Source: an uncultured Gammaproteobacteria bacterium | Lineage (GTDB): Bacteria; Pseudomonadota; Gammaproteobacteria; Burkholderiales; Sulfuricellaceae | NCBI GenBank assembly: GCA_963779055.1 | Contig: CAVZWN010000004.1 | Coordinates: forward strand, 610,233 to 674,232 | Direction of reading: 5' to 3' | Length of the DNA stretch: 64,000 bases | Shown: positions 9,529 to 19,914 of the stretch, one piece after another | Position numbering within the stretch: the stretch's first letter is position 1 | Layout: the number at the start of each line of letters is the position of its first letter | The notes under the pieces: model-generated | Database searches by the model: none | The model's input: only the letters and a program-made list of their open reading frames with translations | What the model was told of the DNA's origin: nothing | Translations under genes and position numbers: made by a program

Positions 9529-10239
9529 TCAAAAATAATGGGTTGGATCGGGCATTCCCGCCTGTTCGAAACCAAGCCTTCTCAGGCGGCAGGAATCGCA
9601 GCGGCCGCAGGCGTGGCCCTGCCCGTCAGCCTGATAGCAGGAAACCGTCAGCGCGTAATCCACACCCAGGGCAACACCCTGGCGAATGATCGCGGCTTTG
9701 GTCAGATCGATCAGGGGCGCATGAATCGTGGTGGGCTCACCTTCGATAGCGGCCCGGGTGGCCAGGTTGGCCATATCCTGAAAGGCGCGGATATATTCCG
9801 GGCGGCAATCGGGGTAACCGGAATAATCCACGGCATTGGCGCCGATAAAAATATCCCGTGCTTCCAGCACTTCCGCCCAGGCCATGGCCAGCGAGAGCAT
9901 GATGGTGTTGCGCGCCGGCACATAGGTGATGGGGATGCCAGCGGATGCCGAATCAGGTACGTCAATCGACATATCCGTCAGTGCAGAGCCGCCGAACAGC
10001 GTCAGGTCCAGCTTGACGGTGCGCTGCGCTGCGGCCCCCAGGCTCTGGGCCACACGCTCGGCCGCTTGCAGCTCGGAACGATGGCGCTGGCCATAATCCA
10101 GGCTCAGGCAATAGGATTCGAAACCGTGGCTACGGGCAATGGCCAGGGTGGTTGCGGAATCCAGCCCGCCGGAAAGCAGGACGACGGCTTTTTTACGCGA
10201 CGGGCTGTGAGTCGCCCAGCCCCCTGCACCCGTCATCAT
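9529..10239 (-). CDS. queC: 7-cyano-7-deazaguanine synthase
   Basis: [15 protein letters not shown]-loop and C-terminal CGRCDSC Zn motif. Start ATG 10239 overlaps the queE stop as ATGA; the track ORF extends to 10260. Confidence 0.9.
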   Translation of the reverse strand: MMTGAGGWATHSPSRKKAVVLLSGGLDSATTLAIARSHGFESYCLSLDYGQRHRSELQAAERVAQSLGAAAQRTVKLDLTLFGGSALTDMSIDVPDSASAGIPITYVPARNTIMLSLAMAWAEVLEARDIFIGANAVDYSGYPDCRPEYIRAFQDMANLATRAAIEGEPTTIHAPLIDLTKAAIIRQGVALGVDYALTVSCYQADGQGHACGRCDSCRLRRLGFEQAGMPDPTHYF

Positions 10240-10871
10240 CGCCCCCGGTCCTCCCGCCACAGCAGCTTGTGCAACTGGATCTGGAAACGCACGTCGAGGC
10301 GGTCGCGCAAGATCCAGTCAGCCAGTTGGGCCGGATCGAGACTGCCAGCGACCGGAGAAAACAGCACCGGGCATTTGGCGCTGAGCCGGTGTTCCTGCAC
10401 CTGCTGGCAGGCCCACTCGTAATCTTCGGCATCGCAGATTACAAATTTGAGTTCGTCATGGGACGTCAGCAAGGCCAGATTGGCCCAGCGGTTCTTTTCC
10501 ACTTCACCGGAACCCGGCGTTTTGATATCCACGATGCGCGAAACGCGCGGGTCCACTTTTGAAATATCCAGGGCACCACTGGTTTCAAGCGAAACCGAAT
10601 AGCCAGCGTCACACAAAGCACTGAGCAATGCCAGGCATTCCTTCTGCGCCAGCGGTTCGCCGCCGGTCACGGTGACATAGCGAGGGCCGTAAGTTGCCAC
10701 CTGTTCGAGAATGGCGGGGATCTCCATGGCCACGCCTTCGCTGAAGGCATAAGCCGTGTCGCAATACCCGCAGCGCAGGGGGCAGCCGGTCAGGCGCACA
10801 AACACCGTGGGCAGCCCGGCACGGCTGGTTTCCCCCTGCAGGGAATAGAAAATCTCGTTGATACGCAGCAT
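10236..10871 (-). CDS. queE: 7-carboxy-7-deazaguanine synthase (radical SAM)
   Basis: 211 aa, EIFYSLQGE......[17 protein letters not shown]. Confidence 0.9.
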   Translation of the reverse strand: MLRINEIFYSLQGETSRAGLPTVFVRLTGCPLRCGYCDTAYAFSEGVAMEIPAILEQVATYGPRYVTVTGGEPLAQKECLALLSALCDAGYSVSLETSGALDISKVDPRVSRIVDIKTPGSGEVEKNRWANLALLTSHDELKFVICDAEDYEWACQQVQEHRLSAKCPVLFSPVAGSLDPAQLADWILRDRLDVRFQIQLHKLLWREDRGR

Positions 10872-11738
10872 TTACTTCATGGTTTCGAGGCGGTATTTTG
10901 CCTTTTCTGCTGCGTTGCTAACCGGGAACCTGGCCAGCAGATCTTCCAGTGTTTTTCTTGCCGAACCCATGTCGCCCATACCCTGCTGGCTGCTTGAGAT
11001 ATTCAGCAGCGCATCCGGCACCTTGGGGCTCTTGGGATAAAGGCTGATCAGCTCCTGCTGGCTGGTAATCGCCGACCTGAAATCCTTCAGGTTATAGTAG
11101 GAATTACCGATCCAGTATTGAGCGCTAGGGGCCAGCGGGCTTTTCGGATAGGCCTGACTGAACGTCTGAAAAGCCGCCAGAGCGCCCTGATAGTTGCCGT
11201 TCCGGAACTGGTTGAAAGCCGCATCGTAGGTTTTCACCTCCAGCGCCGGGTCTGCCTCGGCTGTCTGGACTGGCGCGGTAGCGGGTGCAACAGCTGGCGC
11301 AGGCGCTGCCTTGGCAGTGGATTTTTTATCCTTGCCCGCCCTGGACTGACCTTCCGCCCCCGGAGATGCGGCCGGAGGCACTGCCGCAGCGGCTGCCGCT
11401 GTTGCTGCACTCTCCAGCTGGCGCAAACGGGTATCCACGTCGACATACAGATCACGCTGCCGTTTCTGTATGTTTTCAATATCATGCGCTTGCACTTCCA
11501 GCTGACCGCGCATTTTACCCAACTCGGTTTTTAGCGCTTCCAGCTGTGACAGCATCTCCATGCCCTGAGCGCGCTGCGTGCCCTCGAGGCTGGAAAAACG
11601 CGTCTCCAGCTTGCTCTGCTGCTGGACATTCTGCTGCTGCAGTTCGTTGATTTTTTTGTGCGCCTCGTCGTCCGTAAACAGACCGGCGTGGCACACGCCT
11701 GACAGCAGCAAAGCCGGAAGAAGTGCAAGCCTACGCAC
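10872..11738 (-). CDS. cpoB: Tol-Pal system protein YbgF/CpoB
   Basis: 288 aa with a signal peptide, a coiled-coil N-terminal half, an Ala/Pro linker and a C-terminal TPR region (YQGALAAFQTF...YWIGNSYY). It lies downstream of pal. Confidence 0.85.
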   Translation of the reverse strand: MRRLALLPALLLSGVCHAGLFTDDEAHKKINELQQQNVQQQSKLETRFSSLEGTQRAQGMEMLSQLEALKTELGKMRGQLEVQAHDIENIQKRQRDLYVDVDTRLRQLESAATAAAAAAVPPAASPGAEGQSRAGKDKKSTAKAAPAPAVAPATAPVQTAEADPALEVKTYDAAFNQFRNGNYQGALAAFQTFSQAYPKSPLAPSAQYWIGNSYYNLKDFRSAITSQQELISLYPKSPKVPDALLNISSSQQGMGDMGSARKTLEDLLARFPVSNAAEKAKYRLETMK

Positions 11739-11740
11739 TT

Positions 11741-12262
11741 TTATTCGCCCTGATATACGATATCAGCACGGCGGTTCTGCGCCCAGGAAGCCTCGTCACG
11801 ACCCTCAGCCTTGGGTTTTTCTTCGCCGAAACTGACAGTCTCGATCTGGTTGTCGGACACACCCAGAACGGTCATGACTTTCCTGACGCTCTCGGCGCGC
11901 TTCTGCCCCAGGGCCAGGTTGTATTCACGGCTACCGCGATCATCGGCATTGCCCTGCACGAAGGCTTTGGCTTTGGCATTCTGCTTCAGGTATTGGGCAT
12001 GCGCCTCGACCATGGGCTTGTATTCGTTTTTGACGCTGTAGCTGTCATAGTCAAAATACACGCTGCGCTTGGAAAGAATGTTGTTGGGATCCTTGAGCGG
12101 GTCCATTGCCACACCCTGCTGCTGAGCACCTTGGGTTGAAGCGCCGGCTTGCTGGCCCAGGCTCTTGTCTTCAACCGATGCGGCACCCTGACCCTTGTCA
12201 CTCGTGCTGGCACAGGCAGACAACAGACCCAACAGAATTGCGCTCAATAACAGTTTGTTCAT
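11741..12262 (-). CDS. pal: Peptidoglycan-associated lipoprotein Pal
   Basis: Lipobox LLSAC and an OmpA-like C-terminal domain (VYFDYDSY.....GNADDRGSREYNLALGQKRA). ATG 12262 is preferred (GGAGA lies 6 nt upstream); the track ORF begins at 12274. Confidence 0.9.
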   Translation of the reverse strand: MNKLLLSAILLGLLSACASTSDKGQGAASVEDKSLGQQAGASTQGAQQQGVAMDPLKDPNNILSKRSVYFDYDSYSVKNEYKPMVEAHAQYLKQNAKAKAFVQGNADDRGSREYNLALGQKRAESVRKVMTVLGVSDNQIETVSFGEEKPKAEGRDEASWAQNRRADIVYQGE

Positions 12263-12285
12263 TTGATTCTCCATTTTAAGTTAAC

Positions 12286-13569
12286 TTACTGATTTTTCAA
12301 CAAAGGTCCCCAAGCCGGCTCACGCACATCACCGGCCTGAACCGACAAACGCTGCTTGACCCGGCCATCACTGGAAACGGCAGCCAGAACGCCACGACGG
12401 TTAACTTCCGTGGCATAGATGATCATTTTACCATTCGGAGCGTAACTGGGCGCCTCATCCATCGAGGTATCGGTCAGCACCTGCACCTGCCCGGTCGTAA
12501 AATCCTGTACCGCGACACGGAACCGCCCTTCACTGCGCTGAATAAAGACAAAATTCTTGCCGTCCGGGCTGAATTCCGGCGAAACATTATAACTGCCCTC
12601 GAAAGTGATGCGCTGTCCGACGCCACCCACTGCCGGCATACGGTAAACCTGCGGGCTGCCGCCGCGGTCGGAAGTAAAGATGATCCACTTGCCATCCGGC
12701 GAGAAATCCGGCTCGGTATCAATGCCCGAGCTGTCGCTCCAGCGCTGCAGATTGCCGCCATCGGCGTTGATAAAGTATAGCTGCGAACGTCCGTCGCGCG
12801 TCAGGACAATGGCAAGTTTCTTGCCGTCCGGCGACCAGGCTGGCGCGCTGTTACTGCCCTTGAACGAGGCCAATACCTGACGGGCTCCGGTTTTGAGCGT
12901 CTGCACGTAAATAATCGGTTTTTTCTTCTCGAATGATACATAGGCCAGCTTTTCGCCATCCGGCGACCAGGCCGGAGACATGATCGGCTCCTGAGACGCC
13001 ACCACGGTCTGTGCGCCATAACCGTCCGCATCCGCCACCTGCAGTTCGAAACGCTTGCCCTGTTTGACGATGTAGGCAATCTGGGTGCTGAACACGCCGA
13101 CATCGCCGGTGAGCTTCTCGTAAATCACATCAGCAATCTTGTGTGCGGTGGCGCGCAACTGGGCAGGCGCGATGGTGTAGCTGAAACCCGCCAGCTGGTT
13201 CTGCTTGACCACGTCCATAAGACGAAAGCGCACGTCGATCTTGCCATCCGGCCGCGGTGTCATGCCGCCGATCACCAGCGCTTCGGCGTTGCGGCTTTGC
13301 CAATCCGGGTATCGCACTTCGGCGGGCTCGTGCGGCTGCGGCTGGACACCCGCTGTTTCAACCATCCGGAACAAGCCGCTGCGGGTCAGATCAGCAGCAA
13401 TGATGCCGCTGATACTCTGGGATTGCGTGTTCTCGGCCGCAAACGGCACGATCGCCACAGGGATCTGGTTACCCGCCCCCCCGGTGATCTCGATGGTCAG
13501 CGCAGCATGCACCGGCGCAGCCAGCACCATCACCCACGCCATCAGCATCCATTTCAAATAACGTTTCAT
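12286..13569 (-). CDS. tolB: Tol-Pal system beta-propeller protein TolB
   Basis: 427 aa with a signal peptide and repeated SPAWSPDG / PDFSPDG / PEFSPDG propeller blades. Confidence 0.95.
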   Translation of the reverse strand: MKRYLKWMLMAWVMVLAAPVHAALTIEITGGAGNQIPVAIVPFAAENTQSQSISGIIAADLTRSGLFRMVETAGVQPQPHEPAEVRYPDWQSRNAEALVIGGMTPRPDGKIDVRFRLMDVVKQNQLAGFSYTIAPAQLRATAHKIADVIYEKLTGDVGVFSTQIAYIVKQGKRFELQVADADGYGAQTVVASQEPIMSPAWSPDGEKLAYVSFEKKKPIIYVQTLKTGARQVLASFKGSNSAPAWSPDGKKLAIVLTRDGRSQLYFINADGGNLQRWSDSSGIDTEPDFSPDGKWIIFTSDRGGSPQVYRMPAVGGVGQRITFEGSYNVSPEFSPDGKNFVFIQRSEGRFRVAVQDFTTGQVQVLTDTSMDEAPSYAPNGKMIIYATEVNRRGVLAAVSSDGRVKQRLSVQAGDVREPAWGPLLKNQ

Positions 13570-13578
13570 ACCTTTACC

Positions 13579-14367
13579 TTATTCCTCTCTTGGCTTGAAC
13601 TTCAGGTGCAGTTCACGGAATTTGCTGAACTGTCCCGGATCTGGCGGCAGCGGCAACGGCTGCGCCTTGTAAATAGCGCGCTCCACAGCGCTGTCATAGG
13701 CGCTGGAACCGCTGCTGCGGGTCAGCTTCAAATGCAGCACATCGCCGGTCGGCATCAGCGTGACATCAAACTCCGCCTGCGGGTTACCTGCCAGATCCGG
13801 CGGCAGAATAATGAAACGCTTGATTTTCGCCTGGATGCGCCCGCGGTAATCATCCAGCAATTTCTGACCCGCCGCTGCCGCCTGAGCCTTGAGCGCATTT
13901 TCTGCTTCAAGCTGCATCTGCTGCTGGCGCTGGACTTCCTGCCGCTCCTGCTGCAGCTTCTTTTCCAGTTCCTTTTTGCGCTTTTCTTCTTCCTGCTTCT
14001 GTTTCTCTTTCTGCTGCTTTAATTCTTCTTCGCGGCGCTTTTTCTTCTCTTCTTCCTTCGCCTTGAGTTCAATCTCTGCCTTTAATTGTTTAGGTTCTGG
14101 CTTCGGCTCAGGCTTGGGTTCGGGCGTCACCGGCTTTGGTTTTGGCTCGGGCTTCGGTTCCGGTTTTGGCGCAGGCTCGGGCTTTTTTTGCTGCGGCACC
14201 GCTTTCGACGGCGCCGGCACTTCGCTCCATAACTCCACCTGGACCCCGGATGGCACCTGATTCTGCCAGCTCACGCTAAAAATCATCAGCCCCAGAAATA
14301 ATACATGCACCAGCAGCGCCAATGCGCCCGCTTTCCACTGGCCCGGTTGTTGACGCTCAAAAACCAC
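13579..14367 (-). CDS. tolA: Cell-envelope integrity protein TolA
   Basis: 262 aa with an N-terminal TM helix, a PEPKPEPK and K/E-rich helical domain II, and a C-terminal TolA domain III. Its position between tolR and tolB fits. Confidence 0.8.
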   Translation of the reverse strand: MVFERQQPGQWKAGALALLVHVLFLGLMIFSVSWQNQVPSGVQVELWSEVPAPSKAVPQQKKPEPAPKPEPKPEPKPKPVTPEPKPEPKPEPKQLKAEIELKAKEEEKKKRREEELKQQKEKQKQEEEKRKKELEKKLQQERQEVQRQQQMQLEAENALKAQAAAAGQKLLDDYRGRIQAKIKRFIILPPDLAGNPQAEFDVTLMPTGDVLHLKLTRSSGSSAYDSAVERAIYKAQPLPLPPDPGQFSKFRELHLKFKPREE

Positions 14368-14787
14368 TCACTGGTCCTTTGGTTTGGCCAGCAAGCCGAT
14401 TTTCCGGACCTGATTCTGCTGCAGGATATCCATCACATTCAGGACTTCTTCATAGCGCACGTTCTTGTCCGCCGCAATCACCACCGCCTGCTCGGGATTT
14501 TTCTCCTGTTTTTCCTTTACTGCCTGCACCAGATCATCGCGCGAAATCTCCCTCGGCTGCCTGGAGGTTTCACGGTCATGCAGCATCAGCCGCTTGTCTT
14601 CCTTGATCGAAATCTCCAGCGGCGCCACCGGCGGTTTCAATGCCTGGCCCACCTGAGGCAACTCAATCTGGCCGGGATTGATAAGCGGCGCGGTGATCAT
14701 GAAAATGATCAGCAGCACCAGCATTACGTCGATATACGGCACGACGTTGATCTGGTTCATCAGCTTGCGCTGGCGTCGCAGGCTCAT
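14368..14787 (-). CDS. tolR: Tol-Pal system protein TolR (ExbD family)
   Basis: True start MSLRRQRKLMNQINVVPYIDVMLVLLIIFM at 14787, overlapping the tolQ stop (TAATG). The track ORF 14368..15018 is an upstream extension. Confidence 0.9.
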   Translation of the reverse strand: MSLRRQRKLMNQINVVPYIDVMLVLLIIFMITAPLINPGQIELPQVGQALKPPVAPLEISIKEDKRLMLHDRETSRQPREISRDDLVQAVKEKQEKNPEQAVVIAADKNVRYEEVLNVMDILQQNQVRKIGLLAKPKDQ

Positions 14788-15458
14788 TATTTTGCCTGCC
14801 TTTGCAGAATATTGGAGAACTCTTCCATGAAGCTGTCGAAGCGAGTGGCCAGACGGTCGATCTCCGAACTGTAGCGGTTGTAGGCAATGACTGCCGGAAT
14901 CGCCGCGAACAGGCCCATGGCCGTCGCAATCAGCGCTTCGGCGATGCCCGGCGCAACGTGAGCCAGCGTCGCCTGTCCCACGCTGGACAAGCTGCGGAAC
15001 GCGTTCATGATGCCCCACACGGTGCCAAACAGGCCGACATAAGGACTGACCGAGCCCACCGTGGCAAGAAATGGCAAATGCGCTTCGAGCAGATCAAGCT
15101 CGCGGTGATAGGCCGCACGCATGGCACGGCGCGTACTCTCCATGATCTGAGTAATGTCCGCACCGCTCTGGCGGCGCATTTTGGAAAATTCCTGAAATCC
15201 GCCTTCGAAAATGCTTTCCATCCCGCCCGAATCACGGCTATTCACTTTCTGGAACAGGGTTTGCAAATCCATGCCGCTCCAGAAATCGCGCTCGAACTTG
15301 TCGGTGGTCTGCTTTGCCACGTTGATGGCGAACATCTTCTGGAAGATATACCACCACGAAATCATCGAGGCGATCAGCAGCCCCAGCATCACCAGCTGCA
15401 CCACCACGCTGGCATTACTGATCAGCGACAGAAAAGAAAGATCTTGATTTACGTTCAC
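14787..15458 (-). CDS. tolQ: Tol-Pal system protein TolQ (MotA/ExbB family)
   Basis: 223 aa with three TM segments, ...LATVGSVSPYVGLFGTVWGIM. Confidence 0.95.
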   Translation of the reverse strand: MNVNQDLSFLSLISNASVVVQLVMLGLLIASMISWWYIFQKMFAINVAKQTTDKFERDFWSGMDLQTLFQKVNSRDSGGMESIFEGGFQEFSKMRRQSGADITQIMESTRRAMRAAYHRELDLLEAHLPFLATVGSVSPYVGLFGTVWGIMNAFRSLSSVGQATLAHVAPGIAEALIATAMGLFAAIPAVIAYNRYSSEIDRLATRFDSFMEEFSNILQRQAK

Positions 15459-15848
15459 GATGACAGTTCCATTTTATTCCTGATGATCTCAGGAATCTCG
15501 ACAGGTTTGAATGACAGATGGTTCACACATACGATTTTAACCTGCGCACGTGACAATACTTCATCCCGCATCACGGTCTGGGCAAATTCAATCCAGCTGC
15601 GTCCGGTCGCATGCACGCTCACTGTGACATTCAGCAGATCGTTGAAAACAGCGGGCCTGAGATAACTGATATGCACGTCCCGTACCACAAAAATCACGCC
15701 ATGATCGCGCACCAGATCCGTCTGCTCGAAGCCATGAGCACGCAGAAATTCGGTACGGGCGCGTTCCATGAACTTGAGGTAATTGGCGTAGTACACCACG
15801 CCGCCGGAATCGGTATCCTCGTAATACACCCGTACCGGCCAGACAAAC

Positions 15849-15856
<8 letters not shown>
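15455..15856 (-). CDS. ybgC: Tol-Pal-associated acyl-CoA thioesterase YbgC
   Basis: Hot-dog fold start [29 protein letters not shown]. Its position upstream of tolQ fits. Confidence 0.85.
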
Positions 15857-16904
<1,048 letters not shown>

Positions 16905-16964
16905 GCGGGATTACCAGCCGCAGCCGGAATAAAATCACGATGATGTCCTTCAGACATTGCCCTG

Positions 16965-17270
16965 CTAGGCGACAAGCAGTTCACGTGGTTTGACCTTTTC
17001 TTCAATTTCCTGACCCACGTCTTCACGTGCTTTCTTTACATCGTAGCTGCTTTGCAGGCTCATCCAGAAATCGGGAGTAGTGCCAAAAAACCGGGCAAAG
17101 CGCAGAGCAGTATCCGCAGTAATGCCGCGCTGCTCATTGAGGATTGCTGTAATCCGGCTGGCCGGCACATCCAGCGCCTTGGCAAAGGCATTTGCCGAAA
17201 GATTAAGTTCTTCCAGTTCTCCCTTGAGAATTTCGCCGGGGTGTATGGCGCGCATGCTGTTCATGTTCAT
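16965..17270 (-). CDS. HigA/VapI-type XRE-family antitoxin, with no cognate HigB next to it
   Basis: MNMNSMRAIHPGEILKGELEELNLSANAFAKALDVPASRITAILNEQRGITADTALRFARFFGTTPDFWMSLQ is the classic HigA HTH signature. The gene upstream on the same strand is mazF, not higB. Confidence 0.8.
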   Translation of the reverse strand: MNMNSMRAIHPGEILKGELEELNLSANAFAKALDVPASRITAILNEQRGITADTALRFARFFGTTPDFWMSLQSSYDVKKAREDVGQEIEEKVKPRELLVA

Positions 17271-17332
17271 TCTCCTAACGGGCATGGCAACCGTGTCGCC
17301 CCAGATGATGAATTTCGCCATGCGACACTCGG

Positions 17333-17713
17333 CTAGTCATCCTCGAATACAGCAACAAGGCAATCCAGTACTTCCTGCAATATTATATCCGGCACCTTTT
17401 CAACAAAATCGGCTCGGCGTATTGCCCAATCCAACGATTTGAGTTGGTGCGCATGAACCGAGCCATCCGTGCGCAGCCCCAATCCCATCAACGGGATAAG
17501 AAAGCCGCTATTACGCGCAACTTCGGCGCTACCACCTGAAACAGGACAAACCATCGCCAGCCGGAAACGAGCATTGAAAGATCTCGGAGACACCACAAGG
17601 CAGAAATGTTCCCCCTTCATCTCCCGCCCAGATGCGGGATCGAACTGGAGGTGAAGAATATCGCCACGTTCCGGAATCAAAGCTCTCCCCCAACGGGGGG
17701 CATATCGTCCCAT
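17333..17713 (-). CDS. Type II toxin, MazF/PemK/ChpB family endoribonuclease
   Basis: ...IPERGDILHLQFDPASGREMKGEHFCLVVSPRSFN....MVCPVSGG........G.V.AHQLKSLDW. The start is ATG 17713 or 17728, and either overlaps the 3' end of the antitoxin gene. Confidence 0.8.
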   Translation of the reverse strand: MGRYAPRWGRALIPERGDILHLQFDPASGREMKGEHFCLVVSPRSFNARFRLAMVCPVSGGSAEVARNSGFLIPLMGLGLRTDGSVHAHQLKSLDWAIRRADFVEKVPDIILQEVLDCLVAVFEDD

Positions 17714-17919
17714 TCCTCGACTCGACACAAACCCTCGGGAGTGGCGGCCAGCAAGTCGGAAAGTTTGGCACGCTGCCGGCCAGGCCTTACTTTCAACTCG
17801 GCGCCATTGATCTCGACGAAAACACGAGACCCGGCATCCAGATGATTTTGTTCAACGTAGGACTGCGGAATGGTCAGGATAAGCGACCCACCGGATCGAC
17901 GAAGAGAAGCGTTAAGCAT
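17677..17919 (-). CDS. AbrB/MazE/PemI-type antitoxin
   Basis: 80 aa, MLNASLRRSGGSLILTIPQSYVEQNHLDAGSRVFVEINGAELKV (SpoVT/AbrB swapped-hairpin signature). It lies directly upstream of and overlaps mazF. Confidence 0.75.
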   Translation of the reverse strand: MLNASLRRSGGSLILTIPQSYVEQNHLDAGSRVFVEINGAELKVRPGRQRAKLSDLLAATPEGLCRVEEWDDMPPVGGEL

Positions 17920-18003
17920 ATCCAGCCCCTGTTTAAATTATATTTAAGTATAACATATCGACTCGCCGATACCTGACAGGCGCGTAAGATAAGGACGAAC
18001 TCA

Positions 18004-18594
18004 TCATGCCTTGGACAATAGTTTCAGTGCCTGGCGGATGCCATCGGTCACGCCGGTCTCGGCAGCCAGCTGTTTAACCGCCCAACTCGCTTCCTTGTCA
18101 TTATAGCCCAGCGCCAGCAGGGCATTGAGGATGTCGCTGCTGGCCGGCGCAGGTTTGACCACCGCGCCCAGCAATGCCGAACCAGCTTCTCCCGGGGCAA
18201 ATTTGTCTTTCAGTTCGAGCAGCAGGCGTTCGGCGGTCTTCTTGCCGATACCGGGAATCTTGATCAGGCGCCCGGCATCCTGGGTCATCACGGCATGCGA
18301 CAGCTCGTCCACGGACAAGCCGCTGAGGATGGTCAGTGCCAGCTTGGCGCCCACCCCGTTGACCTTCAGCAACTGGCGGAAAGCCTGGCGCTCGTGGTCG
18401 GTGGCAAAACCGTAGAGGAGGTGCGCATCTTCGCGCACAATCAGCTGAGTGTAGAGCGTCACGCTTTCGCCCAGTGCAGGCAGGTTGTAGAAGGTGCTCA
18501 TCGGCACGTCTACCTCGTAACCCACGCCCTGCACATCCAGCAGAATCTGGGGAGGATGTTTTTCCAGCAACTTGCCGCTCAGACGTCCGATCAC
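18004..18594 (-). CDS. ruvA: Holliday junction DNA helicase subunit RuvA
   Basis: 196 aa, [25 protein letters not shown], with HhH motifs ([12 protein letters not shown]). Confidence 0.95.
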   Translation of the reverse strand: MIGRLSGKLLEKHPPQILLDVQGVGYEVDVPMSTFYNLPALGESVTLYTQLIVREDAHLLYGFATDHERQAFRQLLKVNGVGAKLALTILSGLSVDELSHAVMTQDAGRLIKIPGIGKKTAERLLLELKDKFAPGEAGSALLGAVVKPAPASSDILNALLALGYNDKEASWAVKQLAAETGVTDGIRQALKLLSKA

Positions 18595-19112
18595 ACCAGT
18601 CTCCCATTTTTCACGCGATAGCCTGCTGTCGCCAACGCACCCAGCCCCTGCCCGCCATGCGCATGGCAGATAGCGCAGGCCAGCGCATCGGCGGCATCGG
18701 CCTGCGGCGTGCCTTCCAGATGCAGCAGGCGACGCACCATTTCCTGCACCTGCTCCTTGTCTGCATGACCATTGCCCACCACCGCCTGCTTCACCTGCAG
18801 GGCGGTATATTCCGCCACCGGCAGATCGCGCGCCACCAAGGCGCAGATCGCAGCGCCGCGGGCCTGGCCCAGCAGCAAGGTGGATTGCGGGTTGACGTTG
18901 ACGAACACTTTTTCGATTGCCGCCTGCTCCGGCTGGTAAGTCGCGATCACCTCGCCAATCGAATCGAGGATGGTCTTGAGACGCTGCGGCAGCGCCCCGT
19001 CCCCGGTCTTGATGCAGCCGCTGGCGACATACTCCAGCTGGTTGCCGGTTCGGGTGATGACACCAAAACCGGTCACCCTCAGGCCTGGATCGATACCGAG
19101 GATACGGGTCAA
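18591..19112 (-). CDS. ruvC: Crossover junction endodeoxyribonuclease RuvC
   Basis: 173 aa, [16 protein letters not shown]......[11 protein letters not shown]. Confidence 0.95.
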   Translation of the reverse strand: MTRILGIDPGLRVTGFGVITRTGNQLEYVASGCIKTGDGALPQRLKTILDSIGEVIATYQPEQAAIEKVFVNVNPQSTLLLGQARGAAICALVARDLPVAEYTALQVKQAVVGNGHADKEQVQEMVRRLLHLEGTPQADAADALACAICHAHGGQGLGALATAGYRVKNGRLV

Positions 19113-19838
19113 CTAATCCTCGATCACGGCCGACGTGAAAACTTCCTGCACGTCGTCCAGCGCATCCAGCGCATCCAGCAGCTTCTGCATTTTCACCGCG
19201 TCGTCGCCGGCGAACACCGTCTCGTTGTCTGGCTTCATGGTCACTTCGGCCACTTCGGCCTTGAGACCCACTTTTTCCAGCGCCTCTTTCACGGCGGCAA
19301 AATCGCCCGGCGCGGTGATGACCTCCACACTGCCGTCGTCATTACTGAGCACGTCTTCGGCACCGGCTTCCAGCGCCGCCTCCATGACTTTATCTTCGTC
19401 AGTACCGGGAGCAAAAATGATCTGACCACAATGCTTGAACATGAAGGCGACAGAACCATCGGTGCCGAGATTGCCGCCATGCTTGGAGAAAGCATGGCGC
19501 ACATCGGCCACGGTGCGGGTGCGGTTGTCGGTCAGGCAATCGACGATAATGGCTGCGCCATTGATCCCGTAGCCTTCATAACGGATTTCCACATAATCCA
19601 CGCCTTCCAGTTCGCCCGTGCCCTTCTTGACTGCACGGTCGATGTTGTCCGCCGGCATGTTCACTTCCTTGGCCTTGTCGATGGCCACGCGCAGGCGCGG
19701 GTTGAAGTTGGCATCGCCGCCGCCCATCTTGGCAGCCACGGTGATTTCCTTGGACAGGCGCGAAAAAATCTTGCCGCGCTTCTCGTCCTGGCGCCCTTTA
19801 CGATGCTGGATATTTGCCCATTTGCTGTGACCGGCCAT
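19113..19838 (-). CDS. yebC: YebC/PmpR-family DNA-binding regulator
   Basis: 241 aa, starts [25 protein letters not shown]. Confidence 0.95.
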   Translation of the reverse strand: MAGHSKWANIQHRKGRQDEKRGKIFSRLSKEITVAAKMGGGDANFNPRLRVAIDKAKEVNMPADNIDRAVKKGTGELEGVDYVEIRYEGYGINGAAIIVDCLTDNRTRTVADVRHAFSKHGGNLGTDGSVAFMFKHCGQIIFAPGTDEDKVMEAALEAGAEDVLSNDDGSVEVITAPGDFAAVKEALEKVGLKAEVAEVTMKPDNETVFAGDDAVKMQKLLDALDALDDVQEVFTSAVIED

Positions 19839-19914
19839 AAGGTATTCCGTTGTTCTGTTTCAAAAGGTGCAATGGTACCATTTCGGGCATTATTTGAAAA
19901 AGCCGGAGCACCTA

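Noticed and set aside
9538-10422. 294-aa plus-strand ORF. Similar cases are 15903..16943, 14802..15665, 13141..14022, 28315..29073, 30817..31746, 34656..35474, 35413..36348, 38184..39035, 50925..51833, 53265..54011, 54092..54961 and 59021..59764.
   Set aside because: All are antisense to well-supported genes (queC/queE, ruvB, tolQ, tolB/tolA, the nuo genes, hemW, rph, the PP2C phosphatase, the SDR). They are compositional artefacts.
17271-17332. Possible HigB C-terminal relic upstream of the orphan higA (in-frame MAKFIIWGDTVAMPV).
   Set aside because: Only about 15 residues are available, an in-frame stop lies immediately upstream, and the resemblance to ..ICF.W.DG.A..V is too weak. It is mentioned only as speculation inside the TA finding.
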